Of a stretch of DNA of 42,432 bases, positions 32,749 through 41,963 are shown piece after piece. The stretch comes from a virus (lineage: Duplodnaviria; Caudoviricetes), in the IMG/VR virus record IMGVR_UViG_3300037743_000150, positions 1 to 42,432 of that record; one strand, 5' to 3'. The number at the start of each line of letters is the position of its first letter. Position 1 is the first letter of the stretch. Under the pieces are notes generated by a model that saw nothing but the letters and a program-made list of their open reading frames with translations, was not told the DNA's origin and did no database searches. The position numbers and the translations under genes were made by a program.

Positions 32749-33210
32749 GTGAATGATCCTGCTGAGCGCTTCTGGCCGAAGGTCGACAGGTCCGCTGGCC
32801 CGGATGGCTGCTGGCTCTGGACGGCCGGCATGTACGTCGACGGCTACGGCCGGTTCTGGGTTGACGGGCGGTACGTCAGGGCCCACCGGTTTGCCTACGA
32901 GCTGGTGGTCGGCCCGATCGCTGAGGGACTTCAACTCGACCACGTGAAGGCTCGCGGCTGCGAATACCGGCACTGCGTCAATCCAGCCCACTTGGAGCCG
33001 GTCACGCAACAGGAGAACATCAGGCGCGGCGATGCCTGCCGCGTGGCCGCCGCCCGGATGGCCGACAAGACGCATTGTCCGCAGGGCCACCCGTTCGACG
33101 AGGTCAACACCTACCACGACCGGCGCGGATGGCGCGGATGCCGCGCTTGCCGTCGGGCTAGCGGCCGTCGCCGGTCGGGCCGCCGAGCTGCGGAGGGAAG
33201 CGTCGCGTGA
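32749..33210 (+). CDS. HNH homing endonuclease
   Basis: RFW.KV, CWLWT, GYG.F, AHR.AYEL, LDH, CVNP.HLE.VT..EN, THCP.GH, CRAC. Confidence 0.92.
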   Translation: MNDPAERFWPKVDRSAGPDGCWLWTAGMYVDGYGRFWVDGRYVRAHRFAYELVVGPIAEGLQLDHVKARGCEYRHCVNPAHLEPVTQQENIRRGDACRVAAARMADKTHCPQGHPFDEVNTYHDRRGWRGCRACRRASGRRRSGRRAAEGSVA

Positions 33211-33429
33211 TGGTCCTCAGGGACGTAGTCCGAGCGTCCCGCTGCTGGTCCAGGCCGGCGAGCACCCCCCTCATGTTCGTGGGCGGCCTGGTCCTCCCCA
33301 GTGGAACCGTGCGCAGCGCCTCCAGCCGCTGCGCCCAGGCCGCCCACACCCCCACGTACACGCAAACGACCCCGCCTGCGCTGACACGCATCCGGCGGGG
33401 TCGTCCTGAACCTCTTTGGAGCGTAACCC

Positions 33430-33681
33430 ATGGCCGCACACCTGATGGTCTCCCTCGTAGTCACCGAGGAGACCGACCTAGAAGCCATCGTCGAAGCCAG
33501 GTGCCAACCCAGCCCCAGCGGTCACATCGCCGCTCTCGTGCTCGGCGGCGTGACCATACAGACCACGGGTGACGGCGCCCGCAACATGCTCGCTCTCCTC
33601 GACGTAGCCCGCGCCCGGGTCGAGGCGGCGCACAAGGCGTGGCTGGTCGAGATGGCCACCACGGCCCGGGAGGAGTCGTGA
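33430..33681 (+). CDS. hypothetical protein
   Basis: GGAG RBS; coupled to the next gene. Confidence 0.6.
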   Translation: MAAHLMVSLVVTEETDLEAIVEARCQPSPSGHIAALVLGGVTIQTTGDGARNMLALLDVARARVEAAHKAWLVEMATTAREES

Positions 33682-33854
33682 TGGGCGCCCGTCACCTCGC
33701 CCGCTACCGGGTCCTGTGCCCGGACCGCTGCTGCCGTCACGGCGGCTGCTTCCGCTCCCTGCCCGCCGCCGTCCGGTACGCCAACAACCCGCGGTGCTGC
33801 AGGCTCGGCAAGCACCGCATCGTGAAGGCCGTCGCCTGGGGGCTGGCGGCATGA
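33678..33854 (+). CDS. small Cys-rich protein
   Basis: GGAGG RBS; CPDRCC..GC..RCC. Confidence 0.5.
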   Translation: MMGARHLARYRVLCPDRCCRHGGCFRSLPAAVRYANNPRCCRLGKHRIVKAVAWGLAA

Positions 33855-34189
33855 GCGCCCGACATCTGACGCTCGGCCAACTGATCGCCGCCCTCGAACC
33901 CGAGGACCCCGACCTGGTCATACCTCTCGGGTTCCGCAACCCCCACTCGTACCGGGGGATCTACAGCGAGGTCGCCTTCGAGGTCGCCCACAACATCCGA
34001 GTCGGCGACATGCTCGACGCCGCACGCTCCGCGCTGGGGGAGACCTATCAGGGATGGAAGGGCGGCGACTTCACGATGGAGCAGTACACCGACTGCTACC
34101 TCGTCGATGACGAAGGATGCACCGGTGAGAGCATCGGTTCCACCCTGCTGCGGTTCATGCTCGACGCCGGCAAGGGGACGTCGCTGTGA
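33851..34189 (+). CDS. conserved phage hypothetical protein
   Basis: TLGQLI..L, PHSYRG.YSE.AFE, G.T..GWKGG.F.M. Confidence 0.75.
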   Translation: MSARHLTLGQLIAALEPEDPDLVIPLGFRNPHSYRGIYSEVAFEVAHNIRVGDMLDAARSALGETYQGWKGGDFTMEQYTDCYLVDDEGCTGESIGSTLLRFMLDAGKGTSL

Positions 34190-34539
34190 GCGCCCCCGAG
34201 CGCCCCACCGTCACCTTCGACCCCAGCGACGACGCGACGCCGTTCGTGCTGAACGTCGAGATCGCGCAGGTCGGTGTACGGCCGGCGCAGGTGAACTACG
34301 GCCTCACCCGCTCCGAGCTGCACGCCTTCAAGCAGGACATCGAGACAGCGGAGCAGGAGGACCGGCAGGCGTCTCTGTGTCTCGGTGACCACCACGTGGC
34401 CGGCCAGCTCCTGGACGCCAGCGACCGGAAGCGCCTGCTCCCTGCCGGCGACCGCATGTTCAGGTGCCGGAACTGCCCGGCCACGTTCGTCCTGGAGGCC
34501 GACGGGGACCAGGTCCCGGTCGGCGAGGTGTCGGGCTGA
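34186..34539 (+). CDS. hypothetical protein with C-terminal Zn ribbon
   Basis: CLGDH..CRNC; coupled. Confidence 0.6.
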   Translation: MSAPERPTVTFDPSDDATPFVLNVEIAQVGVRPAQVNYGLTRSELHAFKQDIETAEQEDRQASLCLGDHHVAGQLLDASDRKRLLPAGDRMFRCRNCPATFVLEADGDQVPVGEVSG

Positions 34540-34838
34540 TGGCCTTCAATCTCGAGGCCGAGACCCGGAAGGCGATGGCCCGCCCGCTCGGCTCCGCCCG
34601 TCTCGCCGGCGCCGCACGCCCCGCTCTGCCCACCCCGGACGAGATGGCCCGGTACGGGGACGGCTACCGGCGCTACAGCATCCGCGACGAGCCGTACCCG
34701 GAGGGCCTGCTCGCTGAGGGGGAGCACCAGGACGCCGTGGCGGAGCAGGTCGGCTGCCACGAATACGACGCCGGCTGCGGCGAGCTGCCCGTCGGCTACG
34801 ACCCGACGTGGTGGGGCACCGAGGGGGAGCGGCTGTGA
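34539..34838 (+). CDS. hypothetical protein
   Basis: TGATG coupling. Confidence 0.55.
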   Translation: MAFNLEAETRKAMARPLGSARLAGAARPALPTPDEMARYGDGYRRYSIRDEPYPEGLLAEGEHQDAVAEQVGCHEYDAGCGELPVGYDPTWWGTEGERL

Positions 34839-35116
34839 CGGTCATCATCAACCCCGGCTCAGGTGCGGTCGCCCTGTCGGGAGAGGGGTGGACCAACACC
34901 GAGGCTGGCGCCATCCGTCAGGCCAACGAGTGGCTGGCCGGCATCCTCGCCGAGGGCATGACCGACGTGCGGCTCTCCCGCCCCGAAGCCGCCGAGGGCG
35001 AAGGCCGCTGGCGGTTCGGGTTCCTCCACCAGGTGACCGGCGTCACCGTGGTGCTGGAGACCCACGGCATCGACGACATGGACGCCTTCATGAAGGGCCG
35101 GGAGGCGGGATGTTGA
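34835..35116 (+). CDS. hypothetical protein
   Basis: GRWRFGF.H.VTG....LE.HGID; coupled. Confidence 0.6.
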   Translation: MTVIINPGSGAVALSGEGWTNTEAGAIRQANEWLAGILAEGMTDVRLSRPEAAEGEGRWRFGFLHQVTGVTVVLETHGIDDMDAFMKGREAGC

Positions 35117-35277
35117 CCGCTATCCACATGTTCGCCGGTGCCGGCCTCGTTGATGGCGAGTGGGAGCTGCGCTGTGGTTGTGGCGCCTGGTTCCGGTCGC
35201 CTATCTCCGCCGAAGCCACCGAGGCGTACCGCCGCCACCTTGCTGAGCCGGCTCTCCCACGGAAGGTGACCCCGTGA
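35110..35277 (+). CDS. small Zn-ribbon protein
   Basis: GGAGG RBS; CGCG...H. Confidence 0.5.
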   Translation: MLTAIHMFAGAGLVDGEWELRCGCGAWFRSPISAEATEAYRRHLAEPALPRKVTP

Positions 35278-35432
35278 CCGGCGACGGGTTCCCCGCCCGG
35301 TTCTGGCCCAACTACTTGGTGACCGTCCCGGTGGAGACACCACGGCTACCTGACGGCACGGTCGACGTCAGGTCGCTCTGTCGTCTGCTGGACGACGACT
35401 ACAACCGGCAGCTCCCGGGAGGTGCCTCGTGA
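35274..35432 (+). CDS. hypothetical 52-aa protein (not in ORF track)
   Basis: GTGA overlaps at both ends. Confidence 0.5.
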   Translation: MTGDGFPARFWPNYLVTVPVETPRLPDGTVDVRSLCRLLDDDYNRQLPGGAS

Positions 35433-35659
35433 TCCCTGTCCGTGTTCCCGTCGGTGCGGAGGTGCACGAGGTCGGTGGAGTCCGCCACGTCGCGTCCTCC
35501 CATCCGCTGTACGGCGAGCTGTGCCCCGTCTGCGACCAGATCCTCGGCGACCAACCGATCACCCTCGTGTATGTCGGGGTCGAGGCCGAGTCCCGTAAGA
35601 CCGCGGGCTGGATGACTGGCGCCGCTGTCGCCTGCACCCATACCGGAGGTGTCTCGTGA
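35429..35659 (+). CDS. hypothetical protein (CPVC)
   Basis: GGAGG RBS; coupled. Confidence 0.55.
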   Translation: MIPVRVPVGAEVHEVGGVRHVASSHPLYGELCPVCDQILGDQPITLVYVGVEAESRKTAGWMTGAAVACTHTGGVS

Positions 35660-35696
35660 TCGGTCACCGCGCCCGGCTCGGCCGAGGCGGTGAGTC

Positions 35697-35867
35697 GTGA
35701 TCCCCGGCTACCTCGTGGGCTGCGCTGGCTGTGGCGGCCTGTTCATGCTCGACCAGCCACTGGCACGCAAGGCCCCGGCCGGCTACCCGCTGGACCTACA
35801 GCACGACCCGTGGTTCTGCCGCAAGTGCAGTACCCGCCGTGCCACCACCGGGGCGACCGATGCCTAG
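35697..35867 (+). CDS. 56-aa CxxC..CxxC Zn ribbon (not in ORF track)
   Basis: GCAGCG...WFCRKCS. Confidence 0.55.
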   Translation: MIPGYLVGCAGCGGLFMLDQPLARKAPAGYPLDLQHDPWFCRKCSTRRATTGATDA

Positions 35868-36183
35868 GCCCGACCCGGTCTGCGGTGGCTGCGGGATGCC
35901 AATCGGCGAACCCCACGAGGAGGGCTGTGGAGCCCTCGCGTTCGCCGAGTCCGACCACGACCATGGGGCGACCCTGTTCTTCGCTCTCTGGATTCCGGGG
36001 GCCATGACGGACGCCGATCCCGACATGTGCGCCGATGTGTTCGCCCGGATCATCAACGAGGAGCGCATCCGCAACGGCGGTCTCGGCCGCGAGGTCGAGG
36101 TCTCCGCCATCCCCGCACCCCAGTGGCTCACCTCTGAGACGCTCGCACGTCTCCGCTCCGCCACCACCGGAGGTGAGACGTGA
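35860..36183 (+). CDS. hypothetical protein
   Basis: CGGCG...H...C at N-terminus; overlaps neighbours. Confidence 0.55.
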   Translation: MPRPDPVCGGCGMPIGEPHEEGCGALAFAESDHDHGATLFFALWIPGAMTDADPDMCADVFARIINEERIRNGGLGREVEVSAIPAPQWLTSETLARLRSATTGGET

Positions 36184-36578
36184 ACGCTCCGATGTCGTTG
36201 CGTGACATTGCTGCTGGCCTGGTGTGGCTGGGTCTGCTGGGCGGGTTCGCCATGTTGGCGTGGTTCACCGCTGGGGGAGTGGCCGTGTCGTGGGTGCTGC
36301 ATCCGTGGGCTGCCGCCGCCCTGACGTTGTCCCACGCCGTGGCGTTCGGTACTGGGTTGTGGGTACGTGGCCGGCGCCGCGACGTCGTGGCCGAGCAGTA
36401 CCGGTTCCTCGACGAGGACCTGGAAGCCAAGAAGCTCGCTGACGCCGCACACGACGGGCAGCACGTGAACACGGCCGAGGTGCCCCTGTTCGGCGTCGCC
36501 CCGCAACGGCCGGTCGCCCTCTACGACCAAGACGCCGACCCGTGGCAGCCAGCAGCCAAAGGACGGTGGCTCTCGTGA
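36180..36578 (+). CDS. membrane protein
   Basis: GGAGG RBS; two hydrophobic helices. Confidence 0.65.
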   Translation: MNAPMSLRDIAAGLVWLGLLGGFAMLAWFTAGGVAVSWVLHPWAAAALTLSHAVAFGTGLWVRGRRRDVVAEQYRFLDEDLEAKKLADAAHDGQHVNTAEVPLFGVAPQRPVALYDQDADPWQPAAKGRWLS

Positions 36579-37054
36579 AGGTGCTCGTGTTCGGGTCGCG
36601 GTCGTTCACCAACCGCGACGTCATCCACTGGGACCTCGACACCCTCGCCCTCGACGGCGACCGGGTCGTGGTCATCAACGGCTTCGCTCACGGCGCCGAC
36701 CGGATGGCTGACGAGTGGGCCAGCGCCCACGACAAGGGCCAGCCGTGGCGGTTCGCTCCAGCCTGGCCGTTCTGCGACCTCCTGCACCCGTCAGCGCGGT
36801 GCCCCGACGATGGTGGCCGCCACCGGAAGGTCAACCGGGCCGGGGTCGAGTTCTGCCCGCTCGCGGGGCATCGTCGCAACCAGGAGATGGCCGACGCCCT
36901 CCCTGACCTGGCGTTCGGCTACATCGACAAGCCTCTCGCCAAGTCCCGGGGGTCCGCCGACATGCACGACCGCTGCGAAGCCGTCGGCGTCCCCGTAGCC
37001 GTCTACGGCGGCGACCAGCTCTCGCTTCACCGGCCCGGGCTGGTGCTGCCGTGA
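36575..37054 (+). CDS. SLOG/YspA-like (DUF2493) protein
   Basis: KVLVFGSRSF, G.A.GAD..A..WA, AG..RNQEM, SRG..DM. Confidence 0.85.
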   Translation: MKVLVFGSRSFTNRDVIHWDLDTLALDGDRVVVINGFAHGADRMADEWASAHDKGQPWRFAPAWPFCDLLHPSARCPDDGGRHRKVNRAGVEFCPLAGHRRNQEMADALPDLAFGYIDKPLAKSRGSADMHDRCEAVGVPVAVYGGDQLSLHRPGLVLP

Positions 37055-37239
37055 TCGCCGCGATCTCGTGGCCGGACGCTGTGGCGATCGTCGGTGTCTC
37101 GTTGTCCGTCGCCGCCGTGATCGTGGCGATGTTCTGGTTCCTCGCCAACACGGTGCCCGGCAACAGCCAGCGGCCAGCCAAGCCCCCCATGTGGACGCAG
37201 CAGACGGTGGAACGCCGCGACCCCAAGGAGGAGTCGTGA
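37051..37239 (+). CDS. single-TM protein
   Basis: SWPDAVAIVGVSL...; coupled. Confidence 0.6.
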   Translation: MIAAISWPDAVAIVGVSLSVAAVIVAMFWFLANTVPGNSQRPAKPPMWTQQTVERRDPKEES

Positions 37240-38123
37240 CCGCTGAAGCCATCGCCCGTGTCGTCGGCGACCTGAAAGCGAAGAACGTCCGGCCGGTGAG
37301 AGACGCAGACCTCAAGGTGCTGCACATGGCGCTCGGACTCGCCCTCGTGTCAGGCCCAGTGGTCGACGCCACCGAGATCTACCGCTCGCTCGTCGCCCGC
37401 ACCGACCCAGTCGACCTCTACGGCGACCACCCGTGCATCGCCCCGCCCTGGCGGGACGCCTCCATCTGCTACGTCAACGAGCACGGCAACGTCATCGTCA
37501 TGACCCTCGCCGTGGACGACCACCTCACGTTGACCGGCAAGGTCGGCGTGGACAAAGAGCCGTGGGAACCCGCGGAGCACACCGACTGGGAACGGGTGCG
37601 CTGGACCATGTACGCCTTCGTGTGGGTCGGTGGCCGCTCCCAGGGTTCACCGTCGCCGACCGGCGGACCCGCGCACCTGTGGAAGTTCGCCGTCTACGAC
37701 GACGGCACGCCCGCGGACCTGCACTGGGTGCACCTCGTCCCGGAGTACCCGATGGAGCACTGGGACATGGCGCACCTCGTGCTGCTCGGTGCGCTCAACT
37801 TCTGCAACTGCCGGAACGTCGAGCTGGTTGAACCGAAGCGACCCCGGGCAGAGGCCCGCCGAGTCGCTCGCACGGGTGTGCAGGTCCACACGATCAACGT
37901 GTTCCCAACCGGGAAGTCCGCTCGTCAAGCGAAGGCCGACGGCGGGATGGGGACACCTCTCACGTCGGTGCGTGGCCATTTCGCCTGCTACGGCCCCGAC
38001 TACGGGCGTGGCCTCCTGTTCGGGAAGTACGCCGGCCGGTTCTGGATCCCGCAGCACGCTCGGGGTGATTCGGCTGTCGGCGAATCCCAGTCCGACTACG
38101 TCCTGCGAACCGAGGCGTCGTGA
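37236..38123 (+). CDS. conserved phage hypothetical protein (VRGHF..FWIP motif)
   Basis: AAGGAGG RBS; 295 aa. Confidence 0.75.
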   Translation: MTAEAIARVVGDLKAKNVRPVRDADLKVLHMALGLALVSGPVVDATEIYRSLVARTDPVDLYGDHPCIAPPWRDASICYVNEHGNVIVMTLAVDDHLTLTGKVGVDKEPWEPAEHTDWERVRWTMYAFVWVGGRSQGSPSPTGGPAHLWKFAVYDDGTPADLHWVHLVPEYPMEHWDMAHLVLLGALNFCNCRNVELVEPKRPRAEARRVARTGVQVHTINVFPTGKSARQAKADGGMGTPLTSVRGHFACYGPDYGRGLLFGKYAGRFWIPQHARGDSAVGESQSDYVLRTEAS

Positions 38124-38473
38124 TCGTCTCGATGTTGCGCCGCTTCTCCCTCGGGGTGGCTCTCCTGTTGGCGTTCACCGCCGGCGAGATCCAGGCGAGG
38201 GGCATCCACCCGCACGGCACCCCTCTGCTGCTGATCGGGGTCGCCGCAGTGTTCGCCGGTGTCAACGTTGCCGCCAACACCCTCACCCGCACCGAACGCC
38301 GCGAACTCCGGTCCCTGCGCTGCCGTGTCCGCCGTCTCGAACGGGACGTCGAGTTGTGGAAGGGCCGGTACTTCCACGTCCGCGAGCAGCGGTTGCTTGA
38401 CCAGGTCGAGCTACGGGAGTTGCGCCTCGACGTCGAGCTCTGCCGGCTGACCGCAGGAAGGGAAGCGGGATGA
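38120..38473 (+). CDS. two-TM plus coiled-coil protein
   Basis: Hydrophobic N-half; coupled. Confidence 0.6.
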   Translation: MIVSMLRRFSLGVALLLAFTAGEIQARGIHPHGTPLLLIGVAAVFAGVNVAANTLTRTERRELRSLRCRVRRLERDVELWKGRYFHVREQRLLDQVELRELRLDVELCRLTAGREAG

Positions 38474-38943
38474 CCCGCTTCGCCGAAGGCACCTCGGTCA
38501 GTGCGGAACGATCACGGGCCGAGATCGAGCAGACACTCCTCCGGTTCGGCGCCGACCAGTTCGCCTACGGCTGGGAGACCGACCGGGCCATGGTCCAGTT
38601 CCGGGCACATGAACGCCTCGTGCGCTTCACGCTCCCGCTGCCGGCCCGCGACGACCCGGCCATCACCCACACGCCCAGCACGCGGCAGCGCCGCACAGAG
38701 GGCGCCATCGAGGAGATGTACCAGCGCGCCACCCGCCAACGCTGGCGGGCTCTCCTGCTGATCGTCAAGGCCAAGCTCGAAGCCGTCGAGACCGGCATCG
38801 TGGCTTTCGAGGATGAGTTCCTCGCTCAGACGGTCCTCCCGGACGGGTCGACCGCGGGGGAGTGGATGCAGCCGCAGCTCCAGGCCGCGTATGCGACCGG
38901 CCAGATGCCGCACGCCATGCCCGCCCTCGGGAGCGGACGATGA
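38470..38943 (+). CDS. conserved phage hypothetical protein
   Basis: T.VS.E.SR.EI...L..FGA; RQRWRAL.L.VKAKLEAVE.GI..FE.EFL. Confidence 0.8.
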   Translation: MTRFAEGTSVSAERSRAEIEQTLLRFGADQFAYGWETDRAMVQFRAHERLVRFTLPLPARDDPAITHTPSTRQRRTEGAIEEMYQRATRQRWRALLLIVKAKLEAVETGIVAFEDEFLAQTVLPDGSTAGEWMQPQLQAAYATGQMPHAMPALGSGR

Positions 38944-39170
38944 CCGCCCGCTCATGTCCCGCGAACGCCGCTGGGCACACGCTGTATCGGTGGAGCAGTC
39001 ACGGCGAGGAATGGGCCTGTGCCGCCTACGACCACGGCCCGTTCTGTCGGCTCTGCCAGGCTGTCGCGGACCCCCAAACCAGAGCACTGCTAGATGCCGT
39101 CGAGCGGGGACGCCTGGCCGTCCACGCGGCCAGCAACGGCGCCCTGGTCTTCGAGGTCCGCGATGCCTGA
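38940..39170 (+). CDS. small Cys/His protein
   Basis: Coupled; CRLC. Confidence 0.5.
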   Translation: MTARSCPANAAGHTLYRWSSHGEEWACAAYDHGPFCRLCQAVADPQTRALLDAVERGRLAVHAASNGALVFEVRDA

Positions 39171-39468
39171 CGTCCCGAAGGCGATAGCCGCCAAGACCAC
39201 GGCCCGGGTGTTGGCCGACATCGACGCCACCCTCGCAGCCGAGGCAGCCGCCGAGAAGACGGCCGCCCGTGCCCTCACCGCCGCGGCGGTCGACCGGGTC
39301 CTCGCTACCGCGACACCCGCCCTCGGGTCCGAACCGTTGCAGCCGGCACCCCGGCCGCGCCCGTGGGACCGCCAACCGACCGGGTGGGCCCGCATCATCC
39401 ACGGGGCCTGGTCCATCGCTGTCGTCACCGTCGAAACCCTGGCCGCAGAGAGGAAGGCACGACGGTGA
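39163..39468 (+). CDS. Ala-rich hypothetical protein
   Basis: GAGG RBS; overlaps neighbours. Confidence 0.5.
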   Translation: MPDVPKAIAAKTTARVLADIDATLAAEAAAEKTAARALTAAAVDRVLATATPALGSEPLQPAPRPRPWDRQPTGWARIIHGAWSIAVVTVETLAAERKARR

Positions 39469-39896
39469 GCGGCCCCACCCGAGGCGACATCGCTGCAGCG
39501 CTCTACCGCAGCCCCACCGCCGCCGACTTCCGACTGAACACCGAGGCATGCAACCAACTCGCTGACGCAGTGACAGCTCTGCTCGCAGAGACCGAGCCGC
39601 TCGGCCAGCACTGGCGTCCAGTGTGGGGCGTGCACCCCGGCGAGATCCTCCAAGAGGAGATCAACGAGCGGGGCATGACCCAGGTGGCGTTCGCCGACCA
39701 GCTCGGCTGCGCCTACCAGCACGTCAATCGCATCTGCCGCGGCCACGTCGACATCGAGGCCCCGTTCGCTCTGCGATTGGAGAAGGCACTCGGGATCAGC
39801 GCCGAGCTGTGGCTTCGGCTCCAGATGGCCTGGGATCTGCATGAGCTGCGGGCTGCTGCGTCTGACGTGGTGCTGGCTGACGAGTCCCGCCGATGA
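39465..39896 (+). CDS. HigA-family antitoxin-like HTH protein with N-terminal extension
   Basis: HPGEILQEE....GMTQ..FA..LG......N.I..G...I....ALRL...LG.SAE.WL.LQ..WDL. Confidence 0.88.
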   Translation: MSGPTRGDIAAALYRSPTAADFRLNTEACNQLADAVTALLAETEPLGQHWRPVWGVHPGEILQEEINERGMTQVAFADQLGCAYQHVNRICRGHVDIEAPFALRLEKALGISAELWLRLQMAWDLHELRAAASDVVLADESRR

Positions 39897-40336
39897 CCGC
39901 TCTGTTGGATCTCACGGCGGAGCTGCCGGTGTTCGCTGTCGCGCTTGCCGGTGTCGCCGCTTTCCTGTTGGGTGTCGGCACACGACGGGCCACCACCCGC
40001 ACCGGCTGTGCCCGCTGCCGCGCCACAGCCGCCCGGCACGCACGTCGCGCTGAGCGGCCCGCGTTCCTCGGGTTCCCCGGCCATCACGCCGGACAGCTCC
40101 CTTTCGACTACGGCCGCCACCAGCTCGACCCGACATGGATCGAAGACGACGTGGCCCGGCTCCCGCAACGCATCCCGACGGCACCCGACGACCAGACGGT
40201 CATGGACTGGCTGGCCGTGCCGCAAGCCCAGTCGTGGCCGCCGCTCACCGTCGGCGAACTACTCGTCGAACAGGCACTCACCGAGTTCGAGCGGCTCCAC
40301 ACCGGCAACACCCACCAGATGGAGGTGGCGTCGTGA
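39893..40336 (+). CDS. membrane-anchored hypothetical protein
   Basis: N-terminal TM, CARC; coupled. Confidence 0.55.
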   Translation: MTALLDLTAELPVFAVALAGVAAFLLGVGTRRATTRTGCARCRATAARHARRAERPAFLGFPGHHAGQLPFDYGRHQLDPTWIEDDVARLPQRIPTAPDDQTVMDWLAVPQAQSWPPLTVGELLVEQALTEFERLHTGNTHQMEVAS

Positions 40337-40641
40337 GCGCCCGAGAAGACGCCATCGAAGCGATCGTGGCGGCCAATGCTGACCTCGCCGATCTGCTGAA
40401 CCTGCAACACGTGCGTCAGGCGGCGGCAGCGATGTTGGATGCCATCCCCGCGTCTGTGGGTGTCCGCTACTTCGGTCTGGAACGAGGCGGCTTGGAGCAA
40501 GTCGGGGTTCGGTACTCCCGTCCGTGGCACAAGCACCCGGAGCCCACGCATGGGTTCCACGTGCTCGCCTCTGACGCGGGGCCGCCAGAAGTCGGCGAGC
40601 TCGTCTACCGGATCCCTGAAGACCCGGAGCCCCGGTCGTGA
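40333..40641 (+). CDS. hypothetical protein, paralog A
   Basis: SAREDAIEA..LDAIP..ERGGLEQVG..VYR. Confidence 0.65.
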   Translation: MSAREDAIEAIVAANADLADLLNLQHVRQAAAAMLDAIPASVGVRYFGLERGGLEQVGVRYSRPWHKHPEPTHGFHVLASDAGPPEVGELVYRIPEDPEPRS

Positions 40642-40961
40642 AGTTCTCGGGAAGCACGCACGAGATCGACTACTACCGGGTGCAGCAGCGCTGGACCCAC
40701 ATCGAAGCCGGGGACACCACACCGGCGTCCCGGCGCGTTCCAGAGCGCTGGTGGAAGCGCACGTGGCAAGCCGAATGGGAGGACTGCGATTGGGCACCGC
40801 GGGCCTATACCCGTTGGGGGATTGAACGCCGTGCCACCCGCTGGCACGGCAACGGCGGTCGCCACGCATGGCAGATCGCTGCCCACCGGTGGATCCGACG
40901 CAACGTTACGGACAGGGCCCACTACCGCGACCGGCCGTCCCCGACGGACCTCACCCCATGA
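40638..40961 (+). CDS. Trp/Arg-rich hypothetical protein
   Basis: Coupled ORF. Confidence 0.55.
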   Translation: MKFSGSTHEIDYYRVQQRWTHIEAGDTTPASRRVPERWWKRTWQAEWEDCDWAPRAYTRWGIERRATRWHGNGGRHAWQIAAHRWIRRNVTDRAHYRDRPSPTDLTP

Positions 40962-41022
40962 GGCGCGACTGGGCCGGCTGCCCGCCCGCGGATCACGTCC
41001 ACAGCGACACGGAGACCCCGCA

Positions 41023-41385
41023 GTGAGCGCCCGCGAGGAAGCCATCGAGGCGATGGTGGCGGTCATCGCCGCCGGGGCGAAGGAGCACCCGATCGACCTG
41101 ACGGGAATCACGGCGTGGCCTGTGCTGCCGCTGGGCGACGCCATCGCAACAGCGCTCGACGCCATCCCGCCCTCAGTGCTCGCCCAGCTCGCCATCGAGC
41201 GGGGCGGCCTGGAGCAGGTCGGGTGGCAGCGCGCAGCCGAGCACGACGAGACCATCCACCGGCTCCGCCGCACTACCGCCGACGCGAAACGCCGCGGCGA
41301 GCGGCCCGTCTACCGCCTCGCCGCCGCCACCGAGCCTGAGGGCAACCGCCCGGTCCACGAGGACACGGAGGCCGACAGTGGCTGA
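41023..41385 (+). CDS. hypothetical protein, paralog B
   Basis: SAREEAIEA..LDAIP..ERGGLEQVG..VYR. Confidence 0.65.
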   Translation: MSAREEAIEAMVAVIAAGAKEHPIDLTGITAWPVLPLGDAIATALDAIPPSVLAQLAIERGGLEQVGWQRAAEHDETIHRLRRTTADAKRRGERPVYRLAAATEPEGNRPVHEDTEADSG

Positions 41386-41800
41386 CCCGCGGCTGTCGGC
41401 CTACGACGACCCGTTCGACGAGATGCCCACCCGGCGCTCGACCGTCGAGGTGCACCCGGTACGTCATCGAGACGGTCGGGCCTGGTACTGGCTCGACGCC
41501 ATCCGGCAGGTCTACGCCGCGTGTGACTCGTGCCGGCTGAACGTCCCCTGCTGGCGGCACGAGGTCATCATCCCCGTGCTCAAGCACCGCAGCAGCACCT
41601 CAACCGGTGTTGAGCGACCCGACGGGGTGGATCTGCGCTGCGCCATGGCGCTCGTCGGCCACTGCAAGCCGGCCACCAACGGCATCGGCGGTATAGCCAT
41701 CGAGAAGCACGGCGGCGGGTCGTGGGGTTCGGCCTGCCTGGACTGCACGCTCGCCGCCGTCGGCCGGGTCCTCGACCCCGAGACGGTGACCCGTGGGTGA
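41378..41800 (+). CDS. Cys-rich hypothetical protein
   Basis: GGAGG RBS; CDSC..C..H and CLDC. Confidence 0.6.
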   Translation: MADPRLSAYDDPFDEMPTRRSTVEVHPVRHRDGRAWYWLDAIRQVYAACDSCRLNVPCWRHEVIIPVLKHRSSTSTGVERPDGVDLRCAMALVGHCKPATNGIGGIAIEKHGGGSWGSACLDCTLAAVGRVLDPETVTRG

Positions 41801-41963
41801 CGTCCTGCTGAGGTTCGTCCTCATCATGTCCGTCCTGTCGTTGGTGACCGGCTGGATCGCTGGCCTCCTCGACATGTGGGACATGGGCACCTACGCGCTG
41901 GTGCAGGGCGGTCTCGGCTTGTGGATGGTCGACCGTTGGGACGACGTGTGGGGTGACCGATGA
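41793..41963 (+). CDS. 56-aa membrane protein (not in ORF track)
   Basis: Two hydrophobic segments; overlaps neighbours. Confidence 0.5.
   Translation: MGDVLLRFVLIMSVLSLVTGWIAGLLDMWDMGTYALVQGGLGLWMVDRWDDVWGDR

Noticed and set aside
32483-32752. 89-aa ORF, and the 121-aa ORF at 33207-33572
   Set aside because: Coupled starts but low-complexity, motif-free translations; cannot be supported as genes
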